From positions 1 to 47,423 of the IMG/VR virus record IMGVR_UViG_3300002307_000077: a stretch of DNA of 47,423 nt; one strand, given 5' to 3'. The notes under the pieces were generated by a model. It did not search any database. It had not been told where the DNA came from and worked only from the letters and a program-made list of their open reading frames with translations. Positions 20,288 through 27,862 of this stretch are shown in pieces (position 1 is the first letter of the stretch; each line of letters starts with the position of its first letter). Position numbers and translations under genes: made by a program. The DNA comes from a virus (lineage: Duplodnaviria; Caudoviricetes).

Positions 20288-20392
20288 GCGGTATCCTTTC
20301 AAAATGTGGGCGCTTTGCTAGAGCGCATCTCTCTCCATAAGATCATCAGGTTGATGATGGCTTATTGTTTCACATGAATCTGAGTAAGGCAA

Positions 20393-20596
20393 TCATTCGG
20401 CTTTTGATGGTCTGCCAAATGACACATTCGGTTGAGCCTTGATCTTTGGATTAGGCCAAGTCCAGCATTCACCGTTGCTGTCATTTAGACAGATCCACAT
20501 CAGATCATATTCTGGCCCATAATCAATCCACCCAATCGCCATCGCTTTCCCATCCGGCGTTATTACTGGGATTGGCGGATTCAACTGTAACAGCAT
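20393..20596 (-). CDS. Hypothetical phage protein
   Basis: LQLNPPIPV.TPDG...IDYG...W...GECWTW pattern; start uncertain (20596 or 20605). Confidence 0.7.
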   Translation of the reverse strand: MLLQLNPPIPVITPDGKAMAIGWIDYGPEYDLMWICLNDSNGECWTWPNPKIKAQPNVSFGRPSKAE

Positions 20597-21005
20597 TTTG
20601 TTCATCCAATACACGTTGATGACGTCTTACGCCATGCAGGATTGACGAATGGTCGTAAGGTTCCGCTGGTCTGCATATGCGCCCGATTTGATTGTATGTT
20701 AGGCCGCACTGCTTCAATGTCCACCAAATCTCATTTCGCACAAGACTTGGAATCCTATATCTTTTGTCATTAAACACTTCGTCCCATTCTAAGTTTTTCT
20801 GTGCTAAAATTTCATCAATTACAAGTTGATGTTTTGTTCTATACGCTGGGTTTTTGATTCTCTTCAATGGTTGCGGCGGCTCTTTCGAGGTAATTGTCAT
20901 CGTGGGCCTCACATATGCAAATGGTTTAGGTTTTTCCCTACCTAATCTTTCGCTGACTTTCTCATAAGATTTGAACAGTTTTTGCTGATAATTGCTATAT
21001 GACAT
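20523..21005 (-). CDS. Protein with DnaA domain IV-like (Bac_DnaA_C) HTH
   Basis: R.EIWW.L...GLTY.QIGR......DHSSILHGVRR matches the DnaA C-terminal signature. Confidence 0.75.
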   Translation of the reverse strand: MSYSNYQQKLFKSYEKVSERLGREKPKPFAYVRPTMTITSKEPPQPLKRIKNPAYRTKHQLVIDEILAQKNLEWDEVFNDKRYRIPSLVRNEIWWTLKQCGLTYNQIGRICRPAEPYDHSSILHGVRRHQRVLDEQNAVTVESANPSNNAGWESDGDWVD

Positions 21006-21007
21006 TA

Positions 21008-21205
21008 TTACTCACCTTCTACATTTAACACTTTGCTAATTTTGCTTCTAACATCTGTTGCTGACCAACAATCGCATTTGCTATAAATATCTTTAAGAAG
21101 TTCTGCCATCTCTTCAATGCGATCAGCGGATTCTGAAGCAAGGCTCCAACGCAAAACCGTCTCTGGGTCTTCAGCCCGCAGCCGCTTCACAAGATCGTCC
21201 ATCAT
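21008..21205 (-). CDS. Array mini-gene (modules C + degenerate B)
   Basis: MMDDLVKRLR start; ADRIEE. Confidence 0.75.
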   Translation of the reverse strand: MMDDLVKRLRAEDPETVLRWSLASESADRIEEMAELLKDIYSKCDCWSATDVRSKISKVLNVEGE

Positions 21206-21644
21206 CTTTCCCCTCCAGTGCTTTGCGGGCGTTTAGATTGATGTGAAACACCAAATCTACGAGAGATTTGATAGAAACGTTGCCCTCTGGGTTTTTGAAA
21301 GGGTGAATGTCGATTATCTCCCGCAGCGCCGCCTCTAACTGTTCGATGCGGCTGGCTTGTTCTGCGCACTTTTCGTCGATGATCTTGACGTACTCACTAT
21401 CAGACATGACCGACAGGCGTAGCTTTTCTAATGTTTGATTATACAATTTGCCCCATTTGTTTCTTGATTTAATTAGCCGCTTTACTTCCGCCTCCAGCTT
21501 CTCGATGCGGTCGGCGGCTTGTTTTTCAAAAATAATATTTAAGCTTTTTAAACCCATTCTTTCAACAGCCAAACCAATCTCGTAGTCATACTTCTTATTG
21601 TTTTCTATGTAGGCGGTAAATATCTTCCCAAGACCATTAGTCAT
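21171..21644 (-). CDS. Array mini-gene (B, B, A), 157 aa
   Basis: True start MTNGL at 21644 behind the GGAGG of the connector; ADRIEKLEA, SRIEQLEAALREIID, ARKALEGKDD. Confidence 0.75.
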   Translation of the reverse strand: MTNGLGKIFTAYIENNKKYDYEIGLAVERMGLKSLNIIFEKQAADRIEKLEAEVKRLIKSRNKWGKLYNQTLEKLRLSVMSDSEYVKIIDEKCAEQASRIEQLEAALREIIDIHPFKNPEGNVSIKSLVDLVFHINLNARKALEGKDDGRSCEAAAG

Positions 21645-21879
21645 CTTTCCCCTCCAGTGCTTTGCGGGTAACGCCAACCATTTCTATCAACAACCTCAGC
21701 AAGTAGCCTTCAGCTGCCGTCATTGGCTCAGGTATGCCTTCAGACCCTGCATATACCTCATAAATCTCCCGCAGCGCCGCCTCCAACTGCTCGATGCGGG
21801 CTTCTAATTTGGCAACGTGTCCTGCACGACGCATTGCCTCAAGCGTGTCTGGGTGGATAACTGTATAACGATCAATCAT
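21637..21879 (-). CDS. Array mini-gene (B, A)
   Basis: ARIEQLEAALREI; RKALEGKDD. Confidence 0.75.
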   Translation of the reverse strand: MIDRYTVIHPDTLEAMRRAGHVAKLEARIEQLEAALREIYEVYAGSEGIPEPMTAAEGYLLRLLIEMVGVTRKALEGKDD

Positions 21880-22076
21880 TTCGGAACCTCTAGTTTTGCT
21901 TCCTGCATCATTTGTGCAATTTGGTAGGCCAGTTGAGGCTCAAGCCTGAAATATATTACCTTCCCATCTTTATCTTTCAGATTTCGAGCGGCCATCATGA
22001 GCCATTCGGCCAGTTCCTCAGTGTTTTTAGGCTTGTAACTTGAGAGAAGTGACATTGGGCTTTTAGGCGGGATCAT
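21876..22076 (-). CDS. Hypothetical protein (66 aa)
   Basis: Coupled start/stop overlaps on both sides. Confidence 0.65.
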   Translation of the reverse strand: MIPPKSPMSLLSSYKPKNTEELAEWLMMAARNLKDKDGKVIYFRLEPQLAYQIAQMMQEAKLEVPK

Positions 22077-22357
22077 TACTTGTCTCCTTTATTAGGATTC
22101 CAATCTGGAAGATTCAGATCATCTCTTACAATGTTTGTAATATACCCAACTACATACCATCGTTTTCCATTATTATGTTCAGCCATTAAATGCCATCTGT
22201 CACCATATGGCCCAATGCTAAATTGATAAAAATCGTCGTCGTCACCCCATTGTTTTACAAAATCAATGTTAAGCAACTCCTCAAAAGTTTTGAAGTTTTG
22301 CGTCGCAGGATCAAATCCAGACACAAAGTTTGGTATGTGCTGCTTAATCGTCCCCAT
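22076..22357 (-). CDS. Hypothetical protein (93 aa)
   Basis: TGATG overlap with upstream gene; aromatic-rich. Confidence 0.7.
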   Translation of the reverse strand: MGTIKQHIPNFVSGFDPATQNFKTFEELLNIDFVKQWGDDDDFYQFSIGPYGDRWHLMAEHNNGKRWYVVGYITNIVRDDLNLPDWNPNKGDK

Positions 22358-22656
22358 CACTCATCCCCCTTCTTAGGCGGTGGCGGAAGTGGCATCCAGT
22401 GGGTGGGAACTACAGCGGAACGATGATACTCAGATGTCCATGTCATTCCATTTGTTGCCCAGCGCATAGCAAGAACCCACTGCCCGTTACTTCCAATGAT
22501 TGCCCCAATATCTTTTGGCGCGTTCTCTATAGGTTGCCATCCTGAGTCGATTATCTCCCGCAGCGCCGCCTCCAGCTTCTCAATGCGGTCACGATCAACG
22601 GCTTTTTGGCGCAACATTTCATTGACTGCGCTTGCTATTGTTTCTGCTTCAGTCAT
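22357..22656 (-). CDS. Array mini-gene: module B fused to DUF551-like domain (99 aa)
   Basis: Start MTEAE at 22656; DRIEKLEAALREIID followed by GWQPIENAPKD...PTHWMPLPPPP. Confidence 0.8.
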   Translation of the reverse strand: MTEAETIASAVNEMLRQKAVDRDRIEKLEAALREIIDSGWQPIENAPKDIGAIIGSNGQWVLAMRWATNGMTWTSEYHRSAVVPTHWMPLPPPPKKGDE

Positions 22657-23020
22657 CCTTCCACTCCAGTGCTTTACGGGCGATAACAATTCGCTCAGAC
22701 AATATCTGCGCGATGTCGAACATGTTGGTCACGGAACTTGTTGACCATTCAGTCGTGTAGCCTTCTGCTACTTTTGCCAGCGCCGCCTCAAGCTCCTCGA
22801 TGCGGTCTTCGGCGTCGAGCATCCGAAGTTCAAAGCTCAGGGCCTTGCCAAGTTGTTCCGCGAAGTCCGCCTGTGTGTTCGCCAAATGCCTCCCCAACGC
22901 CTCAATTCGGTCGGCTGCTTCTTGCCTTTCACCCCACAATGTTACTCGCGCCTCACGTTGATACTGCCGATCTTCTGGCAATTCATCTGCGCGTAACCGC
23001 TTCACAAGATCGTCAGTCAT
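22649..23020 (-). CDS. Array mini-gene (C, B, B, A)
   Basis: MTDDLVKRLR; ADRIEAL; DRIEELEAAL; ARKALEWKDD. Confidence 0.78.
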   Translation of the reverse strand: MTDDLVKRLRADELPEDRQYQREARVTLWGERQEAADRIEALGRHLANTQADFAEQLGKALSFELRMLDAEDRIEELEAALAKVAEGYTTEWSTSSVTNMFDIAQILSERIVIARKALEWKDD

Positions 23021-23208
23021 TACTCATCCCCCTTCTTAGGCGGTGGTGGAAGCGGCATCCAATGGGTGGGATCGCGTTTCTCATAGGTTGTTTGCTCAAG
23101 CCACCACGTCGTTCCACAAAAAAACCCGATCAAAATATCATCGCCACAAAACACCAAAACGTTTATGTAATCTTTTGGCGCGGTCTCTATAGGTTGCCAT
23201 TCAGTCAT
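23020..23208 (-). CDS. DUF551-like protein (62 aa)
   Basis: MTEWQPIETAPKD...PTHWMPLPPPP; start at 23208 in the connector. Confidence 0.82.
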   Translation of the reverse strand: MTEWQPIETAPKDYINVLVFCGDDILIGFFCGTTWWLEQTTYEKRDPTHWMPLPPPPKKGDE

Positions 23209-23512
23209 CTTGCCCCTCCAGTGCTTTGCGGGCGATTTGTCTGGCTTCCCAAAGCATGTGGCGCGCGTAATCCAACTCAGGGACATCTGCATATGCATAG
23301 CTCGGGTTACCATCGTGAATGTGTGACAGCGCCTCCAGCGCCGCTTCCAGCTTCTCGATGCGGTCGGCTGTGACAGATGCAGCCGCAATCCAACAAGATT
23401 GACGATCTTCGCCAAGCTCATTCCATGTCCACAGTGGTTTGCCATCAATGGTTTTGCCGCCAGCCTGAATGGAATAGGCATTCCACATAAGTTTTGCGAT
23501 ATTTTCACTCAT
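23201..23512 (-). CDS. Array mini-gene (unique N-domain, B, A), 103 aa
   Basis: Start MSENI at 23512; ADRIEKLEAAL; ARKALEGQDD. Confidence 0.75.
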   Translation of the reverse strand: MSENIAKLMWNAYSIQAGGKTIDGKPLWTWNELGEDRQSCWIAAASVTADRIEKLEAALEALSHIHDGNPSYAYADVPELDYARHMLWEARQIARKALEGQDD

Positions 23513-23738
23513 CTTTTTTCTCCTCAACAAGAGCTGCAACCTTAATTTTCAAAAGATGTTCGTATGCCATCTCGCACTTCTCCGCATAGGAAAGGCCCAT
23601 CTCACTCAACATGCCAAGAGCAACTAGCAGCGCCGCCTCCAGCTGTTCGATGCGGTCGGCAGCTTCATAACGCAACGCCTGTTCATCTGCGCTAGTATGT
23701 ATGCCAATACGCAGCCGCCTCACAAGATCGTCAGTCAT
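23505..23738 (-). CDS. Array mini-gene (C, B), 77 aa
   Basis: MTDDLVRRLR at 23738; ADRIEQLEAAL. Confidence 0.75.
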   Translation of the reverse strand: MTDDLVRRLRIGIHTSADEQALRYEAADRIEQLEAALLVALGMLSEMGLSYAEKCEMAYEHLLKIKVAALVEEKKDE

Positions 23739-24045
23739 CTTTCTTACCCTTCTTCCTTTCAACGATTGCCCTAAGCTTTTCAACGTACCAATCCCAACGG
23801 CACGATGCGCGATCCTTCAGGCTCTCTATCTTGTCTGCAATGAACAGTTCATGCCCATCAAGCAGGCGCTTGTTTAGCGCCATGATGGCAATGACTTCCC
23901 AATCTGCTTGGTCCTGTTTGGCTTGTTGCGCTGCAAGACGAACTCCGTCATTGATGCCTTTTATAGCCCATCCTATTGCATCCTCATCTTTCTCAATGGT
24001 GCGGCAAATATGAAGATAGAATTGAGCCTTTTCCTGTTCAGTCAT
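23731..24045 (-). CDS. Hypothetical protein
   Basis: Coupled; ends KKDD in an AAAGATGA junction. Confidence 0.7.
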   Translation of the reverse strand: MTEQEKAQFYLHICRTIEKDEDAIGWAIKGINDGVRLAAQQAKQDQADWEVIAIMALNKRLLDGHELFIADKIESLKDRASCRWDWYVEKLRAIVERKKGKKDD

Positions 24046-24386
24046 CACAGCCCGTCTCCTTCGGAAAAATCCAACTCAACCTGCACACACGCGATGCGAT
24101 ACCCCATAGCTTGTATGTCAGCTTTTCTCTTCTCTTGATAAACGAAAAAGCAATTATCTGGATAAACATTGATCCAAACCAGTTGCTTGATGCGCGGTTT
24201 GACTTCGATGATTTTAAACTCGCTGTAAACCGAAAAGCCATCGGAGTTCCAGCAATGACTTCGCCAAACTGGTTCGTGGAGGTCTTTAATTGCCCCATGT
24301 ACAGGAAAATCATCACCCCCATCAGTCGCATAGATGCGGACTTCGCGGCCATCGGGGGTGAGGTACTTTTTGGTCATGTCGATCAT
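24045..24386 (-). CDS. Hypothetical phage protein
   Basis: Y.T.DGREVRIYATDG...PVHGA; ATGA overlap. Confidence 0.72.
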   Translation of the reverse strand: MIDMTKKYLTPDGREVRIYATDGGDDFPVHGAIKDLHEPVWRSHCWNSDGFSVYSEFKIIEVKPRIKQLVWINVYPDNCFFVYQEKRKADIQAMGYRIACVQVELDFSEGDGL

Positions 24387-24697
24387 GAGAAAAATCCTTT
24401 TCGCTGCGGTGTGTACATTCTGTCCAATGTGCGTTTATCAATATCAATTGGAATGTTTTCTAATGCCTCCATGACAATTTGCCTGAACAAATCCATATTG
24501 TTTTGAGGTGCTATAATTTTGCGCTGTACGGTTTGCTCATTATAGTCATAGGGGAATTCAACCAATTTAACCAAACCTTCAGGCTGGAAAATTGTCTTTA
24601 CCTGCATCAATTGATCAGCTTTGATGACTGCTGGGGCAGCAATGACGCCAGTCAGTACTTTCAGGAATGATCTGCGTGGAATGATAAAATCGCTCAT
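24383..24697 (-). CDS. Protein with twin-arginine (Tat)-like N-terminus
   Basis: PRRSFLK followed by hydrophobic VLTGVIAAPAVIKA. Confidence 0.7.
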   Translation of the reverse strand: MSDFIIPRRSFLKVLTGVIAAPAVIKADQLMQVKTIFQPEGLVKLVEFPYDYNEQTVQRKIIAPQNNMDLFRQIVMEALENIPIDIDKRTLDRMYTPQRKGFFS

Positions 24698-24700
24698 AGT

Positions 24701-24820
24701 TCACCTTCCCAAAAATTCATCACGCACCAATTTGATTAGCAAACACGATGACAAAAGCATCATGCCGCTAATAAGGATAAATAACCACAAGAGGAGCATT
24801 TCAATTAGAAAGTCTGTCAT
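24701..24820 (-). CDS. Membrane microprotein (39 aa, absent from ORF track)
   Basis: Manual translation MTDFLIEMLLLWLFILISGMMLLSSCLLIKLVRDEFLGR; ATGA overlap, fills the gap. Confidence 0.6.
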   Translation of the reverse strand: MTDFLIEMLLLWLFILISGMMLLSSCLLIKLVRDEFLGR

Positions 24821-25452
24821 AGACTAGATACCTTGTTCGATATTTTCTTTGCTCTTTTGGCTGCATCTTCTGGATGGCCCCAAGCAATATGGGTCAGGCT
24901 TTTGAGTTTCTGTATCGAAGGATAGATCTGGCGAGAAACTATACATAGCGTAGGATTACCGTCATCTATGTAGCTCTTAGCAAAATCTGCAAATCTGCCA
25001 ATTCTTTTAGGCAAATCTTCTAGCTCACCCATTCCAATATAAGTATCAGCCAATTTCATAAAGCTGATTATCTCAGCCCTATGGACTTTAGGGCTAGGAA
25101 TAGCATCAAAGTTGGGATCTGGCATTGGATCTGGAGCCACAATTTCTGTCAATTCGGGGGCTTGTTCCAACTCTATAATTATATCCGCAACAGAGACAGC
25201 ATCATCTGTTTTCTTCTTCTTTTTTTTGCTAGGCTTTTTTACTTCTGGCTTAGGCTCGGCAACCACTTCTGGCGGATTAGCTTCACCTTCAACTACTTTC
25301 TTCTTTTTATTTTTGGGCTTTTTCATTTCTTCCGGTTTAGCCAATTCCATAACTCGATTTATGTAGAAATTGCTAATGCTCACAAAGGCTAGCTCAATCT
25401 CAATAAGAGCTAATTGTCTTTTGTCCATCTGGTTTTGTTGCAACATATTCAT
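24817..25452 (-). CDS. Hypothetical protein with Lys/Pro/Glu-rich linker
   Basis: 211-aa ORF with GAAGGTG RBS. Confidence 0.7.
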   Translation of the reverse strand: MNMLQQNQMDKRQLALIEIELAFVSISNFYINRVMELAKPEEMKKPKNKKKKVVEGEANPPEVVAEPKPEVKKPSKKKKKKTDDAVSVADIIIELEQAPELTEIVAPDPMPDPNFDAIPSPKVHRAEIISFMKLADTYIGMGELEDLPKRIGRFADFAKSYIDDGNPTLCIVSRQIYPSIQKLKSLTHIAWGHPEDAAKRAKKISNKVSSL

Positions 25453-25557
25453 AATGTCACCTTCATAGTTTTGGGTTTTGTAATAATGATCGTTGTTGAG
25501 AAGTGTTTAGAGCCGCACTTTTTTAGTCTATCAGCGCGGCTACCTTTTTGCCTAAAG

Positions 25558-25920
25558 TTATTCGCCATCCGTTCTAGGTAGCGGCGCAAACTTACGAGCA
25601 ATTTCTTGTACTCCAGCCATCAGCTCATCGTCTGTCTGATCTTCTTTGCGCTTGGGTGCAAACATCATTCTAAATGCGCGATAGTTTATTCCATCAAGAT
25701 AACTATCAGCATTTTGAGGAGACGTTGCAATCCTAGCATCTTTAACTGACTCTAAAATTGTAGCCACCATATACGGTGTAATTTCTACATCCAACTTTAA
25801 AGACGCAATTTGAGCAGAACGCAAGAAGTTTTCTTCAATGCTGCCGTAATCTTTTCCGCGTTGGTTAATAATTTGGCCCGCTTGGTTTAGGATCTCATAC
25901 GGTGTCATATTTTTCTCCAA
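25558..25920 (-). CDS. DUF6378-like protein
   Basis: IL..A..II..RG.DYG...NF.R.A and K.AR......DSY.D..NY motifs. Confidence 0.7.
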   Translation of the reverse strand: MEKNMTPYEILNQAGQIINQRGKDYGSIEENFLRSAQIASLKLDVEITPYMVATILESVKDARIATSPQNADSYLDGINYRAFRMMFAPKRKEDQTDDELMAGVQEIARKFAPLPRTDGE

Positions 25921-26158
25921 TTGATAGTTGATATTCAGCTACTTTGCCGATTAGTGAACAGTTAAGAACAAGATTACCGCGATCTTCCAAATGTGGATTT
26001 GGATGGTTCTTTTTGTAATATTGTTTTATAGCGATGTAGTCTGTTGTGTTTAGTGTCTTGCATAAATCTTCGCATGATTTGGCTGGATGCTCGCCAATCA
26101 CTTGATGGATATTCCTCTCGTTTACGGACTCCATGTTCATAGTAAATAAAAATATCAC
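25895..26158 (-). CDS. Hypothetical protein
   Basis: GGAGG RBS before GTG. Confidence 0.65.
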   Translation of the reverse strand: MIFLFTMNMESVNERNIHQVIGEHPAKSCEDLCKTLNTTDYIAIKQYYKKNHPNPHLEDRGNLVLNCSLIGKVAEYQLSIGEKYDTV

Positions 26159-26167
26159 ACTAACCTC

Positions 26168-26524
26168 CTAATGATCGACGGGATCACGCAGTACAACGGT
26201 CCCATCCATCTTCTTTTTCCACTTGGAATTTCTGCCCATTTGCATGGGTGATTTAGATTTCTTAATGCCTAAATGCTTTGCCTGTACGCGCTTCACTTTA
26301 GCAATTAAAGGCATATCTACTTTAGCTGTATGCACTCTGTGGCACTTGCGATGAGCTACCAGCCAATTGCTTTCATCGTCTTTGCCACCAGCTTCTAATG
26401 GGATCTCATGCGAGACATCCCAATCCTCACCGGGGACAACCTTCATGTTGCAGAAGTGGCAAACTCCACCATGACGCATAAAGATACTGACACGCATTTT
26501 GGAAGTAATACGAACACGGATCAA
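26168..26524 (-). CDS. HNH endonuclease
   Basis: CHFC...HEIPLEAGG.D..SN..VAH..CH. Confidence 0.85.
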   Translation of the reverse strand: MIRVRITSKMRVSIFMRHGGVCHFCNMKVVPGEDWDVSHEIPLEAGGKDDESNWLVAHRKCHRVHTAKVDMPLIAKVKRVQAKHLGIKKSKSPMQMGRNSKWKKKMDGTVVLRDPVDH

Positions 26525-26802
26525 TGGAGTACTCCATTATCATCGCTTAGAATAATAGATGCTGCCATTGCATGTTGTAAAACTAGTTCGTTCATATCTT
26601 TCATAAAATGCAACACATGTCCTTTCTTAATGTGAGAATGAGCCAAACAGAAGCCCATAATAAGACACAGTGCCTCTATTGTAATATCAAACGGGTATCC
26701 ATCTAAACAAAGTCCTATACTATCTGCTAACTCTTTAATTTTTCTTTGTTCTTCTTCTGTATACTCGCATTCTTCTGGTTCAGTTTTCTTTTTCTTTGCC
26801 AT
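26521..26802 (-). CDS. Hypothetical protein
   Basis: GGAG RBS, fits operon. Confidence 0.65.
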   Translation of the reverse strand: MAKKKKTEPEECEYTEEEQRKIKELADSIGLCLDGYPFDITIEALCLIMGFCLAHSHIKKGHVLHFMKDMNELVLQHAMAASIILSDDNGVLH

Positions 26803-26811
26803 GTCAATCTC

Positions 26812-27129
26812 CTATAATTTCATTTCTGCTCTTCTTGTTGCATTGAATGATTGCCATTCGTAATGTTTCATTCTGATATATTCCAATTGCACTTTTAAAA
26901 GGGAAGCACGTTCTCTGGTTTGCACCATAGATACTACATGCTCCTTCCATTCATCAGAAGCCTTGACTCTCATCTCAGCTTTACTGACTGGCATATCGCC
27001 AAGATCTAGCATCATCTTAGACAATACTGCGCTTTTAGTTTCTTCCAGCATATTAGCCGCAGAGTCAGCTTCTACCCACTGTTTGGCTATTATTCTGAAT
27101 TGCTCTGAGAACTCTAAGTTTTCGCTCAT
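26812..27129 (-). CDS. Hypothetical coiled-coil protein in recombination module
   Basis: Helical hairpin-like sequence, ATGA overlap. Confidence 0.7.
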   Translation of the reverse strand: MSENLEFSEQFRIIAKQWVEADSAANMLEETKSAVLSKMMLDLGDMPVSKAEMRVKASDEWKEHVVSMVQTRERASLLKVQLEYIRMKHYEWQSFNATRRAEMKL

Positions 27130-27611
27130 CGTTTACCTATTAATATTTTAGCGTTTGTCATATCAATATATGCGTTTTCTCTAACTATTTTGCCTCCATT
27201 CATGGTGGCTTGTGTTCGTGACATTTTGTTTTCTATTTTAACATTCCAGCCAGTCTCTGGTTTCCAAATTGTTTCAAAGTATAAGGCATCTTCTTTTGCC
27301 AAATAGAAGAACCCTATAAATGGAACTTGAAGACTATCCGCAACTTTTGCTGCCTTGCGGATCTTCTCTGCTGTTACCAGCCATTGCTCTCTAAACTTAT
27401 ACTGGAACACGCTTATCGTTAGAATTGTTCGGCATTTAGTTTCCACAACGCCGACAATCTTATCATCTTTCACCAGAACAGCATCAACAATCGCTGGTCG
27501 ATCTTTTGGCGTTTCGCAATACCTTATCTTAGGGTATTTCTCATGCCAAAGCTCAACAGCTTTGATTTCTTGTAATCTAGATCGTTGACCTTTCGGCGTG
27601 AGAATATCCAC
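27126..27611 (-). CDS. PD-(D/E)xK-type nuclease-like protein
   Basis: VDA...VVETKCR motif. Confidence 0.6.
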   Translation of the reverse strand: MDILTPKGQRSRLQEIKAVELWHEKYPKIRYCETPKDRPAIVDAVLVKDDKIVGVVETKCRTILTISVFQYKFREQWLVTAEKIRKAAKVADSLQVPFIGFFYLAKEDALYFETIWKPETGWNVKIENKMSRTQATMNGGKIVRENAYIDMTNAKILIGKR

Positions 27612-27862
27612 TAGAAAGGAATCTCATCATCAATGTTAGTCGGGCCTTTAGCCTCGACACGAGAGCGGGTTTGAGGCGATGCATCTTTCTGCTTAAAAGA
27701 GAACGAAAAAAACTTGCCTGTTTTGCCTTCTTTGATCCAAGCAGAGATCCAGTATTCTACGCCAGAGATAAGGGCTTTGCCATTATAGTCAGGGTGAGTG
27801 TCCAGCTCTTTGCGGTCATTCTTGAATAATGTACCCGTGTTGTCTCTAACTTCATATGCCAT
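27611..27862 (-). CDS. Small single-stranded DNA-binding protein
   Basis: GTLFKN..K....PDY.G......YWISAW; acidic DDEIPF tail; next to exonuclease and ERF. Confidence 0.72.
   Translation of the reverse strand: MAYEVRDNTGTLFKNDRKELDTHPDYNGKALISGVEYWISAWIKEGKTGKFFSFSFKQKDASPQTRSRVEAKGPTNIDDEIPF

Larger units (their letters stand above)
21177..23742 (-). repeat. Dispersed intragenic repeat system of four modules (A connector x4, B x8-9, C x3, D x2)
   Basis: Copies listed in findings; all on the same strand. Confidence 0.92.

Noticed and set aside
22738-23508. ORF-track entries 22738-23373 (+) and the long 5' extensions of 23020-23508, 22357-22689 and 21171-21677
   Set aside because: Shadow frames; RBS-supported starts lie inside the connector repeat
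21177-23742. Repeats as a CRISPR array or integron attC sites
   Set aside because: Spacing is irregular, repeats are protein-coding and non-palindromic, and there is no cas or integrase gene
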